NCBI GenBank assembly: GCA_049317145.1
Contig: JBMOIW010000003.1
Coordinates: 1 to 59,503, forward strand
Source of the DNA: Acidimicrobiia bacterium
Lineage (GTDB): Bacteria; Actinomycetota; Acidimicrobiia; IMCC26256; JBMOIW01
DNA: 59,503 nt
Direction: 5' to 3'
Shown here: positions 29,184 to 37,008 of the stretch, in pieces
Layout: each line of letters starts with the position of its first letter
Position numbering within the stretch: the first letter of the stretch is position 1
Notes under the pieces: generated by a model
What the model was told of the DNA's origin: nothing
Seen by the model: only the letters and a program-made list of their open reading frames with translations
The model's database searches: none
Position numbers and translations under genes: made by a program

Positions 29184-29199
29184 AGTTTCACGTGAAACG
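29184..29199. other. parS centromere-like site AGTTTCACGTGAAACG
   Basis: Second copy 105 bp from the first, with the same 14-bp core. Confidence 0.85.
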
Positions 29200-29203
29200 C
29201 GAG

Positions 29204-29815
29204 CTACCAGAGGGGGCGCTTCTCCGGAATGCCCACCCGGCGCGGATAGCGCACATCGGTCACGCTGTCCTTGCGGATGACCACTGCACTCGTCGAGCCC
29301 GCCCGATGGCGACCCTCAGGCACGAGCCCCAGCCCTGCGAGTCCCGCTTCAGGCCAACGCTGCGGATCCCATTCGGGCGGCTCGGATACCACGAGTCGAC
29401 CGCCGAGCGTGAGGAGGGGAGCGGCGCATTCTGAGGTCACAGCCGGGCCAGCGAAACTTCGAGCCACCACCAGATCAAAACTATTCCGTAACTCCGAATG
29501 ACCGGCCTCTTCGGCCCGCTGGCTCACAACCGTTGCGCGATCGGTCCACGCCAGTTCCTCAACGGCCCACTCAAGGAATGCGCATCTACGTTGGGCTCCG
29601 TCGAGCAGCACCGCCGAACTGGTCGGCCAGCTATCAAGGAGAATCAGGCCCGGAATCCCGCCGCCGGATCCAAGGTCACAAAAGCGCCCAGGGTATTCGC
29701 TGATGATTGCTGCGAGCGCCCGGCCGTGATCGATATGTGAATCGAGCGGCCCCGGACCGAGAAAACCCTCAGCCTTGGACCGCTCGAGTACACGAACGAG
29801 GTTGGCGTTGGTCAC
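29204..29815 (-). CDS. rsmG: 16S rRNA (guanine527-N7)-methyltransferase
   Basis: 203 aa. DLGSGGGIPGLIL SAM motif. GTGA overlap with jag. Confidence 0.9.
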   Translation of the reverse strand: MTNANLVRVLERSKAEGFLGPGPLDSHIDHGRALAAIISEYPGRFCDLGSGGGIPGLILLDSWPTSSAVLLDGAQRRCAFLEWAVEELAWTDRATVVSQRAEEAGHSELRNSFDLVVARSFAGPAVTSECAAPLLTLGGRLVVSEPPEWDPQRWPEAGLAGLGLVPEGRHRAGSTSAVVIRKDSVTDVRYPRRVGIPEKRPLW

Positions 29816-30717
29816 GCCGGCACGATAACAACCCGCCGGCGGTAATCTTCGCCTTCGGAAACCGTGGCCACCCCATCAATCTCGGCTGCCGTGTCGTGGA
29901 CCACTTTGCGGTCTGCCGCCGACATCGGTTCAAGGGCTTGTGCAGTTCCAGTCTCTTTGACTTTCTCAGCAAGCTGGCGAGTGAACGCGGCGAGCGCCTC
30001 GCGCCGCTTCGCCCGGTATCCCGCCACATCTACATTGATGCGCGCTCCAGAGCCGCCGCCGTGGTGCAGCACAACTGCTCGAGTGAGCTCCTCGATTGCC
30101 TGCATGGTTGCGCCCTTCGGCCCGACCAAGAGCCCGAGATCACCACCTTGAACATCGACGAGGATTGCGTCCTCTTCGATCACCGTGTCGACCTGCGCAT
30201 CGATCTCGAATGCATCGAGTAGGCCAGCGACAAAAACGCCGGCAGCATCCGCTTGCTCGTCAATAGAAAGTTCAGTCGTCACGGTTGCTACTCCTCTAGT
30301 TGATGCGGTCGTCTCCGCAGCGGTGGTGGGTTGTCCTTCGTTGGGCTGACGGCTGCGGCCTCGACCGCCCCGACGGCGACGTTTTCTCGGTCCAGCCGCA
30401 GTGGTGGTCTCGCCCAGTTCGGCGTGGCCATTGGTTGCATCTGCGCCCATGGGCTGGGCCTTCGCTGGAGCGCTCTTCGTGGCCGTCTCGCTCTTACGAT
30501 CACTGCGCCGACCCCGACGACGTTCTCCCGGCTTCTCGCGGCTTACGGGTTTCACTCGGGCACGGATGCGCGCGTCGCTGCGGCCGATACCCATGAAGCC
30601 GCTTCTAGCTGTGCTGACTACTTCATACTCGAGATTCGCTTCGTCGACACCGAGCATGTCGAGCGCGCGATCGACCGCTTCCGCCAATGTTTTTCCGGTG
30701 GTTTCGATCCACTCCAT
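29812..30717 (-). CDS. jag: Jag/KhpB-type RNA-binding protein (Jag_N, KH, R3H)
   Basis: ATG 30717 lies 2 nt after the yidC stop. N-terminus MEWIETTGKTLAEAVDRALDMLGV. C-terminal KH/R3H (LEPMSAADRKVVHDT). Long RG/T-rich linker. The 457-aa track ORF is rejected. Confidence 0.85.
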   Translation of the reverse strand: MEWIETTGKTLAEAVDRALDMLGVDEANLEYEVVSTARSGFMGIGRSDARIRARVKPVSREKPGERRRGRRSDRKSETATKSAPAKAQPMGADATNGHAELGETTTAAGPRKRRRRGGRGRSRQPNEGQPTTAAETTASTRGVATVTTELSIDEQADAAGVFVAGLLDAFEIDAQVDTVIEEDAILVDVQGGDLGLLVGPKGATMQAIEELTRAVVLHHGGGSGARINVDVAGYRAKRREALAAFTRQLAEKVKETGTAQALEPMSAADRKVVHDTAAEIDGVATVSEGEDYRRRVVIVPA

Positions 30718-30719
30718 GG

Positions 30720-31571
30720 TTATTTCCTCTTTCGTTTCTTCGGTCGGGGCGCGGTGGTCTGCGCTTCCACGACATCTGCTGGATGTTCTTCCTCCGCATC
30801 CGCAATCCGTTGCCGGTGGGGGAGGGTGATCTTGCGCAGGATGATCTCCTGCTGCCCGATGCGGGCCAACGCCGACACCAACCAGTAGAGGACCGTTCCG
30901 GCTGGGAAGTTCAAGGAGAACACGCCGAAGCCCAACGGCATTACCCGGCTGATGATCTGCATCTGCTTGTTGATCTGGGTCTGGCCCCGCTGCGCCTGCA
31001 CCGACTGGAAGTACTGCGCAGCCACAGAGAGCAATACGAGCACGAAGTAGGGCACCGATGTCCAGAACCCGCCTTTGATGTTGAGTGCACTGAAGTGCAG
31101 GTTCAGGCCTAGAAAGTCGAGCGATGAGGGGAACCAGGAGGCCTTGATCGCTTCTCCACACGCCGCCTTGTCGGCTCCCTGACAAAGAGCGCCAAATAGC
31201 TTGGAGTCAGCCGGCAAGAAGTTCTGGGGGTTCTGCATCAAGCTGAACAACCCGAAGAGGATCGGCATCTGGACGACGAGCGGCAAGCACCCAGCCAACG
31301 GGTTGATCTTGTTCTCTTGATAGAACTTCATCATCTCTTCGTTGAGCTTTTGCTTGTCGCCCTTGTACTTTTGCTGAATCGCTTTAAGTTGAGGCTGCAC
31401 TTGCTGCATCGCCAGCATCGACTTGGTCTGCTTGGCGGTAAGCGGGAACAACAACAGCATCACGAAGAACGTCAAGATGATGATTGCGACCCCGAAGTTC
31501 GGGATAACTGCATAGACGTACGCCAGAATCGTGGCGAGGATCGTGCTGATCGGGCTAATGATTGCGTCCAT
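30720..31571 (-). CDS. yidC: membrane protein insertase YidC
   Basis: 283 aa. PLTAKQTKSMLAMQQVQPQLKAIQQKYKGDKQKLNEEMMKFYQENKINPLAGCLP is the YidC/Oxa1 core. Confidence 0.9.
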   Translation of the reverse strand: MDAIISPISTILATILAYVYAVIPNFGVAIIILTFFVMLLLFPLTAKQTKSMLAMQQVQPQLKAIQQKYKGDKQKLNEEMMKFYQENKINPLAGCLPLVVQMPILFGLFSLMQNPQNFLPADSKLFGALCQGADKAACGEAIKASWFPSSLDFLGLNLHFSALNIKGGFWTSVPYFVLVLLSVAAQYFQSVQAQRGQTQINKQMQIISRVMPLGFGVFSLNFPAGTVLYWLVSALARIGQQEIILRKITLPHRQRIADAEEEHPADVVEAQTTAPRPKKRKRK

Positions 31572-31583
31572 CGATGAGATCCC

Positions 31584-31862
31584 TTACGACATCGAGTGCG
31601 AACAGGCGTTCGCTTTAGGGTTGGCAGGTACATGATCGATTCCACCCGAATTCCACGGATGGCATCGGGCGATCCGGCGCACTGCGAGCCACGAACCGTG
31701 CACCGCTCCGTGCACTTGGATGGCTTCGAGGCCGTAGGCCGAACACGAAGGGTAAAAACGGCAGCGCTGCGGGAGCCATTGACTCACCAATCGGTACGCG
31801 CGAATAACGAGCGTGAGCAACCAGGCCAGTGGCGAGAGCCGGTGCGTGTCGCCGGCGCTCAT
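31584..31862 (-). CDS. yidD: membrane protein insertion efficiency factor YidD
   Basis: CRFYPSCSAYGLEAIQVHG...RIARCHPW signature. ATGA overlap with rnpA. Confidence 0.9.
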   Translation of the reverse strand: MSAGDTHRLSPLAWLLTLVIRAYRLVSQWLPQRCRFYPSCSAYGLEAIQVHGAVHGSWLAVRRIARCHPWNSGGIDHVPANPKANACSHSMS

Positions 31863-32326
31863 GTCAGTTCCTGCCGGACTCGGGCCAGGAGCTGCGCCAC
31901 CGCTTCGTCGAGTGCTTCAAAATCCAGCTCTGCGGTAGCTGGCCCGGCACCGACGAGGTACGCCCCGCCGGGAACAAGGTCGCCGGCACGTCGGGCAAAC
32001 ACCGCTCGGAGGCGCCGTCGGAGCCGGTTGCGTTCGACTGCCCCGCCGAAGGCTTTGCCGATGGCGTAGGCAACCCGAGGTGGGTTCGTAGCGGGGCCGG
32101 GAACAGCCCGAATCCATAGGGGTCCACGGCTCCATCGCCGCGCCCGCCCCAGTTGGGCAAATGTTGCATGATCAGAAATCCGTTGGATCAGGCGGCGAGC
32201 CGCTTGCGGCCCTTGAGCCGGCGGGCTTTGAGCACCATCTGCCCGGCGCGTGTCCGCATCCGGACGCGAAAGCCGTGCTTTTTGTGCCGACGTCGGTTGT
32301 TGGGTTGGAATGTGCGCTTCACGCAA
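31859..32326 (-). CDS. rnpA: ribonuclease P protein component (5' end unresolved: TTG 32326, CTG 32191, or other)
   Basis: RnpA core [27 protein letters not shown]...[20 protein letters not shown]. The maximal ORF is given; see the finding on the start codon. Confidence 0.75.
   Translation of the reverse strand: MREAHIPTQQPTSAQKARLSRPDADTRRADGAQSPPAQGPQAARRLIQRISDHATFAQLGRARRWSRGPLWIRAVPGPATNPPRVAYAIGKAFGGAVERNRLRRRLRAVFARRAGDLVPGGAYLVGAGPATAELDFEALDEAVAQLLARVRQELT
32188..32322 (-). CDS. rpmH: 50S ribosomal protein L34
   Basis: Too short for the ORF track. My translation: [44 protein letters not shown]. The GTG start is preceded by AAGGAGG about 7 nt upstream. Confidence 0.9.
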   Translation of the reverse strand: MKRTFQPNNRRRHKKHGFRVRMRTRAGQMVLKARRLKGRKRLAA

Positions 32327-32502
32327 GAGCCTCCTTCAAGATCTTCGTTTGTGCGCTCTCGGCCATTCGGCGGAGCCGAACACTTCGAAGATGACCGGGG
32401 AATGCTAGGGCACAGGCCGCGACGCTCGCAACGAAGGAATCCTCAGTCTCTACAAAGAGGCGATCGTGTGCCACTTCGCCCGCTCAGAGCCCCAGAATTC
32501 CC

Positions 32503-32678
32503 TGTGGATCGCACCCCAGGTGAGGGAAAACCCCGCAAAATGGTCGGTGGATCGCTCCCCTTGAGCGCCTGGGGACCCGGTGCTACGGTCCGCCCCTCCT
32601 GTGGATGGCTAAGCACCTGCGAGCAATCCCGGATCGGTTTTCTGAGATGTCCACACCTGTGGATTCGACTGTGGATCA
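32503..32678. promoter_or_regulatory. DnaA-box cluster upstream of and overlapping the dnaA 5' end
   Basis: TGTGGATCG 32503, GGTGGATCG 32546, TGTGGATGG 32600, ATGTCCACA 32647 (opposite orientation), TGTGGATTC 32658, TGTGGATCA 32670. Confidence 0.6.
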
Positions 32679-32682
32679 CGAA

Positions 32683-34125
32683 ATGAGGGGTGTCGTGAAC
32701 GACGAACTGTGGGATCAATGCGCCGCACTACTGCAGTCGCAACTCGCGCAAGCCACTTGGAACACCTGGTTCCGCGGCGTAGATCTCGTGTCGTTCGATG
32801 GCACCGAACTCGTCCTTGGTGTTCCGAGCAGTGTGGCCTGCGAACGCATTCGAAGCAGCTATTCCGGCCTCATTAGCGACGTGGCGCGAGACGTTGCCGG
32901 CCGCGATGTCTCGGTGACATTTGTTGTGCAAACGGCGCCGCGCCCCGACGACGCAATCACCGCAACCGACCTGCCCGCTCCCGCCCCAACGCCCACCGCT
33001 GCGGCGAGCCCAAACCGGGCACCGCAATCCAGCGCCCTGAAACCCGACACTGCCGCCGCGCGCGCCGAAGTTCCGATGTGGATGCCCGGCACGCTCAACC
33101 CCCGCTACACCTTCGACAATTTCGTCATTGGCACCTCAAACCGGTTCGCCCACGCAGCCGCGCTTTCCGTCGCCGAAGCGCCGGCGCGTAGTTACAACCC
33201 ACTTTTCATTTACGGGCCCGCCGGGCTCGGTAAGACGCACCTGCTGCACGCGATCGGGCATCACGTCCAAGCAATGTTTAAGGCCAAGCGCGTGCGCTAC
33301 GTCTCCACCGAAACGTTCATGAACGAGTTCGTTGATGCCATCCGCACCAACTCGACGCCGGCGTTTAAGCGTCGTTACCGCGAGGTGGATGTGTTACTCA
33401 TCGACGACATCCAGTTCCTCGAACGCAGTCAGCAGCTCCAAGAAGAGTTCTTCCACACGTTTAACTCATTGCACGGTGCGGACAGCCAGATCGTGATCTC
33501 GTCTGACCGTTCGCCCAAATCCATTGCCACCCTCGAAGACCGCCTCCGAAGCCGATTCGAATGGGGCCTCATCACCGACATTCAGCCGCCGGAATTCGAG
33601 ACCCGCCTCGCCATCTTGCGCAAAAAGGCTGATGCGGAGCGCCTCGAAGGCATTCCGCCTGAGGTGCTCGACTTCATTGCGACCCACATCTCCGACAACG
33701 TGCGCGAGCTGGAAGGCGCGCTCATCCGGGTGGCCGCCTACTCGAGCCTGCACCGCGAACCACTCAATGAAGAGATTGCGCGACACGTCCTCGCCGATCT
33801 TGTCCCGCCTCAAACGCCGCGCCAGATCACCCCGCAGCTCATCCTTGAAGAGACCGCAAAGATGTTCGGGTGGACAATCGACGATCTCTGTGGAGCCAGC
33901 CGTCGCCGTCCATTGGTCACTGCGCGCCAGATCGGGATGTACGTGTTTCGCGATCTCACCGATTACAGCTACCCGCGTATTGCCGAGGTGTTTGGTGGCC
34001 GCGACCACACGACGGTCATGCACGCAGTCGAAAAGATCAAGTCGCAGATGACTGAACGCCAGGCCATCTTCGAGCAAGTTAATGAGCTCATTGCTCGCAT
34101 CAAGCTCGGCAACCCCGGTGGATAA
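32683..34125 (+). CDS. dnaA: chromosomal replication initiator DnaA
   Basis: AAA+ Walker [21 protein letters not shown], box VII/VIII, and C-terminal DNA-binding domain [34 protein letters not shown]. Start placed at ATG 32683 (alt. GTG 32695, or the ORF-track 32605) because three DnaA boxes lie inside the longer ORF. Confidence 0.9.
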   Translation: MRGVVNDELWDQCAALLQSQLAQATWNTWFRGVDLVSFDGTELVLGVPSSVACERIRSSYSGLISDVARDVAGRDVSVTFVVQTAPRPDDAITATDLPAPAPTPTAAASPNRAPQSSALKPDTAAARAEVPMWMPGTLNPRYTFDNFVIGTSNRFAHAAALSVAEAPARSYNPLFIYGPAGLGKTHLLHAIGHHVQAMFKAKRVRYVSTETFMNEFVDAIRTNSTPAFKRRYREVDVLLIDDIQFLERSQQLQEEFFHTFNSLHGADSQIVISSDRSPKSIATLEDRLRSRFEWGLITDIQPPEFETRLAILRKKADAERLEGIPPEVLDFIATHISDNVRELEGALIRVAAYSSLHREPLNEEIARHVLADLVPPQTPRQITPQLILEETAKMFGWTIDDLCGASRRRPLVTARQIGMYVFRDLTDYSYPRIAEVFGGRDHTTVMHAVEKIKSQMTERQAIFEQVNELIARIKLGNPGG

Positions 34126-34328
34126 CACTGTGGACAGCTGGGGATATCCGGTTGGGAATTCCGGACAACGCGCCGGGGTCCCCGGGATCCACCCAGTACC
34201 CTGTGGACCACCGATTTACCCCTGTGTACGAAAAAACCTGGTCTGACCTGCGAATTGCGGCAATATCCCCAATCCACAGGCACTACAACTACTACTACAA
34301 ATACATAACAAGTAACTGGAGGTAGGCA
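34117..34328. other. oriC candidate: DnaA boxes plus a DnaA-trio-like array and AT-rich stretch between dnaA and dnaN
   Basis: GGTGGATAA 34117 (spans the dnaA stop), TGTGGACAG 34129, GATCCACCC 34186, TGTGGACCA 34202, AATCCACAG 34271. Then GCA and CTA-CAA-CTA-CTA-CTA-CAA-ATA-CAT-AAC at 34283-34309. Confidence 0.65.
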
Positions 34329-35429
34329 GTGAAGTTCCGCTGCGAGCGAGACACCCTGGCCGAAGCAATCGGCACCGCCCAACGGGCCGTTGCATCCCGA
34401 ACGGGTGCACTGCCAGTGTTGTCCGGGCTGCGTTGCGCAGTATCGGGCGACACGCTCGAACTGGTCGGCTCCGATCTCGAACTCACCATCACCGTCAAGA
34501 TCGCTGCGGCTGGTGAACGTGATGGTCGTGCGGTGTTGCCCGCGCGCTTGTTGTCCGACATCGTGCGTTCTGCTGCTGGTGCGGAAGTGAGCATCGATGT
34601 CACCGGCGACGACGCGCGCATCACATCAGGTCGTTCCAACTTCTCGTTGCGTACTTTGCCCGCAGATGATTTTCCGCGTGTTGCAGCACTGTCCGGTTCG
34701 GGAGTGCGCGTCGATGCGGCTGCGTTCTCAGATGCATTGCGCCAAGTCGTGCCGGCTGCGTCGCGTGATGACGCGCGACCGATCCTCACGGGTGTGTTGC
34801 TCACCGCGACCACCACGGGGCTGCGCTTGGTTGCCACGGACTCGTACCGTCTCGCAGTTCGTGACTTGCCGGGTGTGAGCGTGTTGAGTGAAGGCCAAAA
34901 AGTGTTGGTCCCCGCGAAATCCTTGGGTGAAGTCCAGCGTTTGCTGGGCACAGGCGAGCTTGAAGTGGTGCTCGACGAGCGCGAGGTGGCGTTCCGCATT
35001 GGTGGAACCGAAATCACCACCCGTCTCATCGAAGGCGAGTTCCCCAACTACGAGCAGCTCATTCCGAGCGGGTATCCGAACCGACTCACGATCAACAGCG
35101 ACGCGCTCGCCGAAGCGATTAAGCGTGTGCGCATCGTTGGTCAAGGTGGACGCGACAGTTCGCCGATTCGTTGCGCGATGACGAGTGATGGACTTGAAGT
35201 TTCCGCAGTTGCCCAAGAAGTTGGTGAAGCACGCGAATCAATTGACGCGAAGTTCGAAGGCACCGATCTCACCGCGGCGTTCAACTCCGAGTTCTTACTC
35301 GATGGTTGCAACGCGGTCGACGCACAAGAGTTGATTCTCGAAACCGTTGATCCACTCAAGCCCGCGACACTGAAATCCACCGACAACAACGATTTCTTGT
35401 ACTTGTTGATGCCGGTGCGCGTTTCGTAA
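34329..35429 (+). CDS. dnaN: DNA polymerase III beta sliding clamp
   Basis: 366 aa. MKFRCERDTLAEAIGTAQRAV..., and C-terminus PLKPATLKS...LLMPVRV. GTG start preceded by GGAGG. Confidence 0.95.
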   Translation: MKFRCERDTLAEAIGTAQRAVASRTGALPVLSGLRCAVSGDTLELVGSDLELTITVKIAAAGERDGRAVLPARLLSDIVRSAAGAEVSIDVTGDDARITSGRSNFSLRTLPADDFPRVAALSGSGVRVDAAAFSDALRQVVPAASRDDARPILTGVLLTATTTGLRLVATDSYRLAVRDLPGVSVLSEGQKVLVPAKSLGEVQRLLGTGELEVVLDEREVAFRIGGTEITTRLIEGEFPNYEQLIPSGYPNRLTINSDALAEAIKRVRIVGQGGRDSSPIRCAMTSDGLEVSAVAQEVGEARESIDAKFEGTDLTAAFNSEFLLDGCNAVDAQELILETVDPLKPATLKSTDNNDFLYLLMPVRVS

Positions 35430-36518
35430 ATGCGCGTTCGCCGGCTGTGGTTACGTGACTTCCGGTGTTACCGGGAGGCCGAGCTGGCGTTTCCGGACGG
35501 GCTGCTCGTCATCGAGGGGGCCAACGGGCAGGGCAAGACCAGCCTGCTGGAGGCCGTCGCATGGGGGGCGACCGCCCGGTCGTTGCGGGGTGTGCCCGAT
35601 GCGGCCCTCGTTCGCACTGGGGCCCCGACGGCGATTGTCCGCATGGAGGTCGAGGATGGGGCCGGTCGGCCCCAACTCCTCGAAGCCGAATTACATGCCG
35701 TGGGCCGGAATCGGATTCGCGTGAATGGCAAGGCGTTGCCGCGAACCCGTGATTTGGTTGGGTTTTTGCGCGTCACGGTGTTTGCGCCCGATGATCTCGA
35801 GCTCATCAAAGGTGGCCCGGCAACGCGTCGGTTGTTTCTGGATGATCTCCTCGAAGCAATGGCACCGAGGTATGTCGCGATCTGTAGCGATTACGAACGC
35901 GTGGTGCGACAACGCAATGCGGCGCTACGTACTGGGGACATCGATTCCACAACGCTTGCAGTCTTCGACGATCAACTCGTTGCCCACGGCGCCGCGCTGT
36001 TGCGCGGTCGGTTGCGCCTCACTGATCGGTTACTTCCCGCGATTGCGGGGGCATACAGCAACCTCGCTGGCGCGGCTGCCAAGGTCGGGGAGGCCTACGA
36101 GGCTCCATGGGCGGCGAGTCCACCCGAGGCTGACGGCGACCTCGAGGGCTTGTTGCGAGACGCACTGGGCCGTCTGCGTCGCCAAGAACATGACCGGCGG
36201 GTCACCCTGGTCGGTCCGCACCGAGACGACTGGAAACTTCTCCTGGACGGCTTAGAGGCCCGGGTGCAGGCTTCCCAAGGCGAGCAGCGGTGCCTGGCGC
36301 TCGCCTTACGGTTGGGCGGCCACACCTTGGTGACCGAGATCATCAACGACAAACCGGTGTTGTTGCTCGACGATGTGTTCAGCGAGCTCGATCCCACTCG
36401 TTCGGCCGCCCTGGTGGCGAATCTGCCGAACGGCCAAACCTTGCTCACCACCGCGGGCAGCGCGCCGGTCACACCCGAGCAAGTAATCCGCGTGGTCGAC
36501 GGACGGATCGACGCGTGA
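35430..36518 (+). CDS. recF: DNA replication and repair protein RecF
   Basis: Walker A GANGQGKTSLLEA, signature SQGEQRCLALALRL, Walker B LLLDDVFSELD. Confidence 0.9.
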   Translation: MRVRRLWLRDFRCYREAELAFPDGLLVIEGANGQGKTSLLEAVAWGATARSLRGVPDAALVRTGAPTAIVRMEVEDGAGRPQLLEAELHAVGRNRIRVNGKALPRTRDLVGFLRVTVFAPDDLELIKGGPATRRLFLDDLLEAMAPRYVAICSDYERVVRQRNAALRTGDIDSTTLAVFDDQLVAHGAALLRGRLRLTDRLLPAIAGAYSNLAGAAAKVGEAYEAPWAASPPEADGDLEGLLRDALGRLRRQEHDRRVTLVGPHRDDWKLLLDGLEARVQASQGEQRCLALALRLGGHTLVTEIINDKPVLLLDDVFSELDPTRSAALVANLPNGQTLLTTAGSAPVTPEQVIRVVDGRIDA

Positions 36519-36525
36519 GATACGC

Positions 36526-36885
36526 ATGAGCGACCGTTTTGACGACGAGCCGCGTTCGTTGGCCGAATCGCTTGCCTACGTCACGCGCGACCTCGGCTTG
36601 GCGCGCCCCAACGAACTTGTGTTGCTGGTACAAAACTGGAACGCTCTTGTCGGCGATGCGCTTGCTGCGCACGCGATTCCAACGCATGTGCGCAACGGGG
36701 TACTCACCATCGAGCTCGATTCCAACGCGTGGGCGTCGCCGCTGCGGTTTTTGCGTGATGCGCTGGTGACCCGCGCAAACGAGGTGCTCGGGGGCGAGGT
36801 TGTGCACGAGATTCGTACTGTGATTCGGGGCGCGGAAACACTGCGACACAACCGGCCCATCCGGCCGGTACCCGGGGAAAATTGA
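36526..36885 (+). CDS. DUF721-domain protein (DciA-type helicase-loader family, Rv0004 position)
   Basis: 119 aa. W..LVGDALAAH..P..VRNGVLTIELDSNAWASPLRF pattern. Conserved recF-gyrB position. Confidence 0.7.
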   Translation: MSDRFDDEPRSLAESLAYVTRDLGLARPNELVLLVQNWNALVGDALAAHAIPTHVRNGVLTIELDSNAWASPLRFLRDALVTRANEVLGGEVVHEIRTVIRGAETLRHNRPIRPVPGEN

Positions 36886-37008
36886 CCGTTCCTCTGGTAG
36901 GATGCGGCCCGCTATTCCCCCGGTTTTCCCGGCGTCCGTGGGCCACATGAGCGCCTAGGACCCCAGTACATTCCGGTTTTTGTTGTCGAGCGAGAGAGGT
37001 GCGCACGC

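Noticed and set aside
30718-31185. N-terminal 156 codons of the 457-aa Jag ORF in the track
   Set aside because: This part overlaps the yidC coding sequence out of frame. The canonical Jag N-terminus MEWIETTGK starts at ATG 30717, right after the yidC stop.
32605-32682. Longest dnaA start (ORF-track start 32605)
   Set aside because: Three DnaA boxes lie inside this segment and no RBS is seen. It is kept only as an alternative.
34283-34300. CTA/CAA trinucleotide run considered as a microsatellite or other tandem repeat
   Set aside because: Only about six units, located exactly where an origin unwinding/DnaA-trio element is expected, so it is interpreted as part of oriC. No CRISPR-like repeat-spacer structure exists anywhere in the window.
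36883-36910. Candidate gyrB promoter (TTGACC ... TAGGAT)
   Set aside because: The spacing between the two hexamers is only about 10 nt, incompatible with a sigma-70-type promoter.
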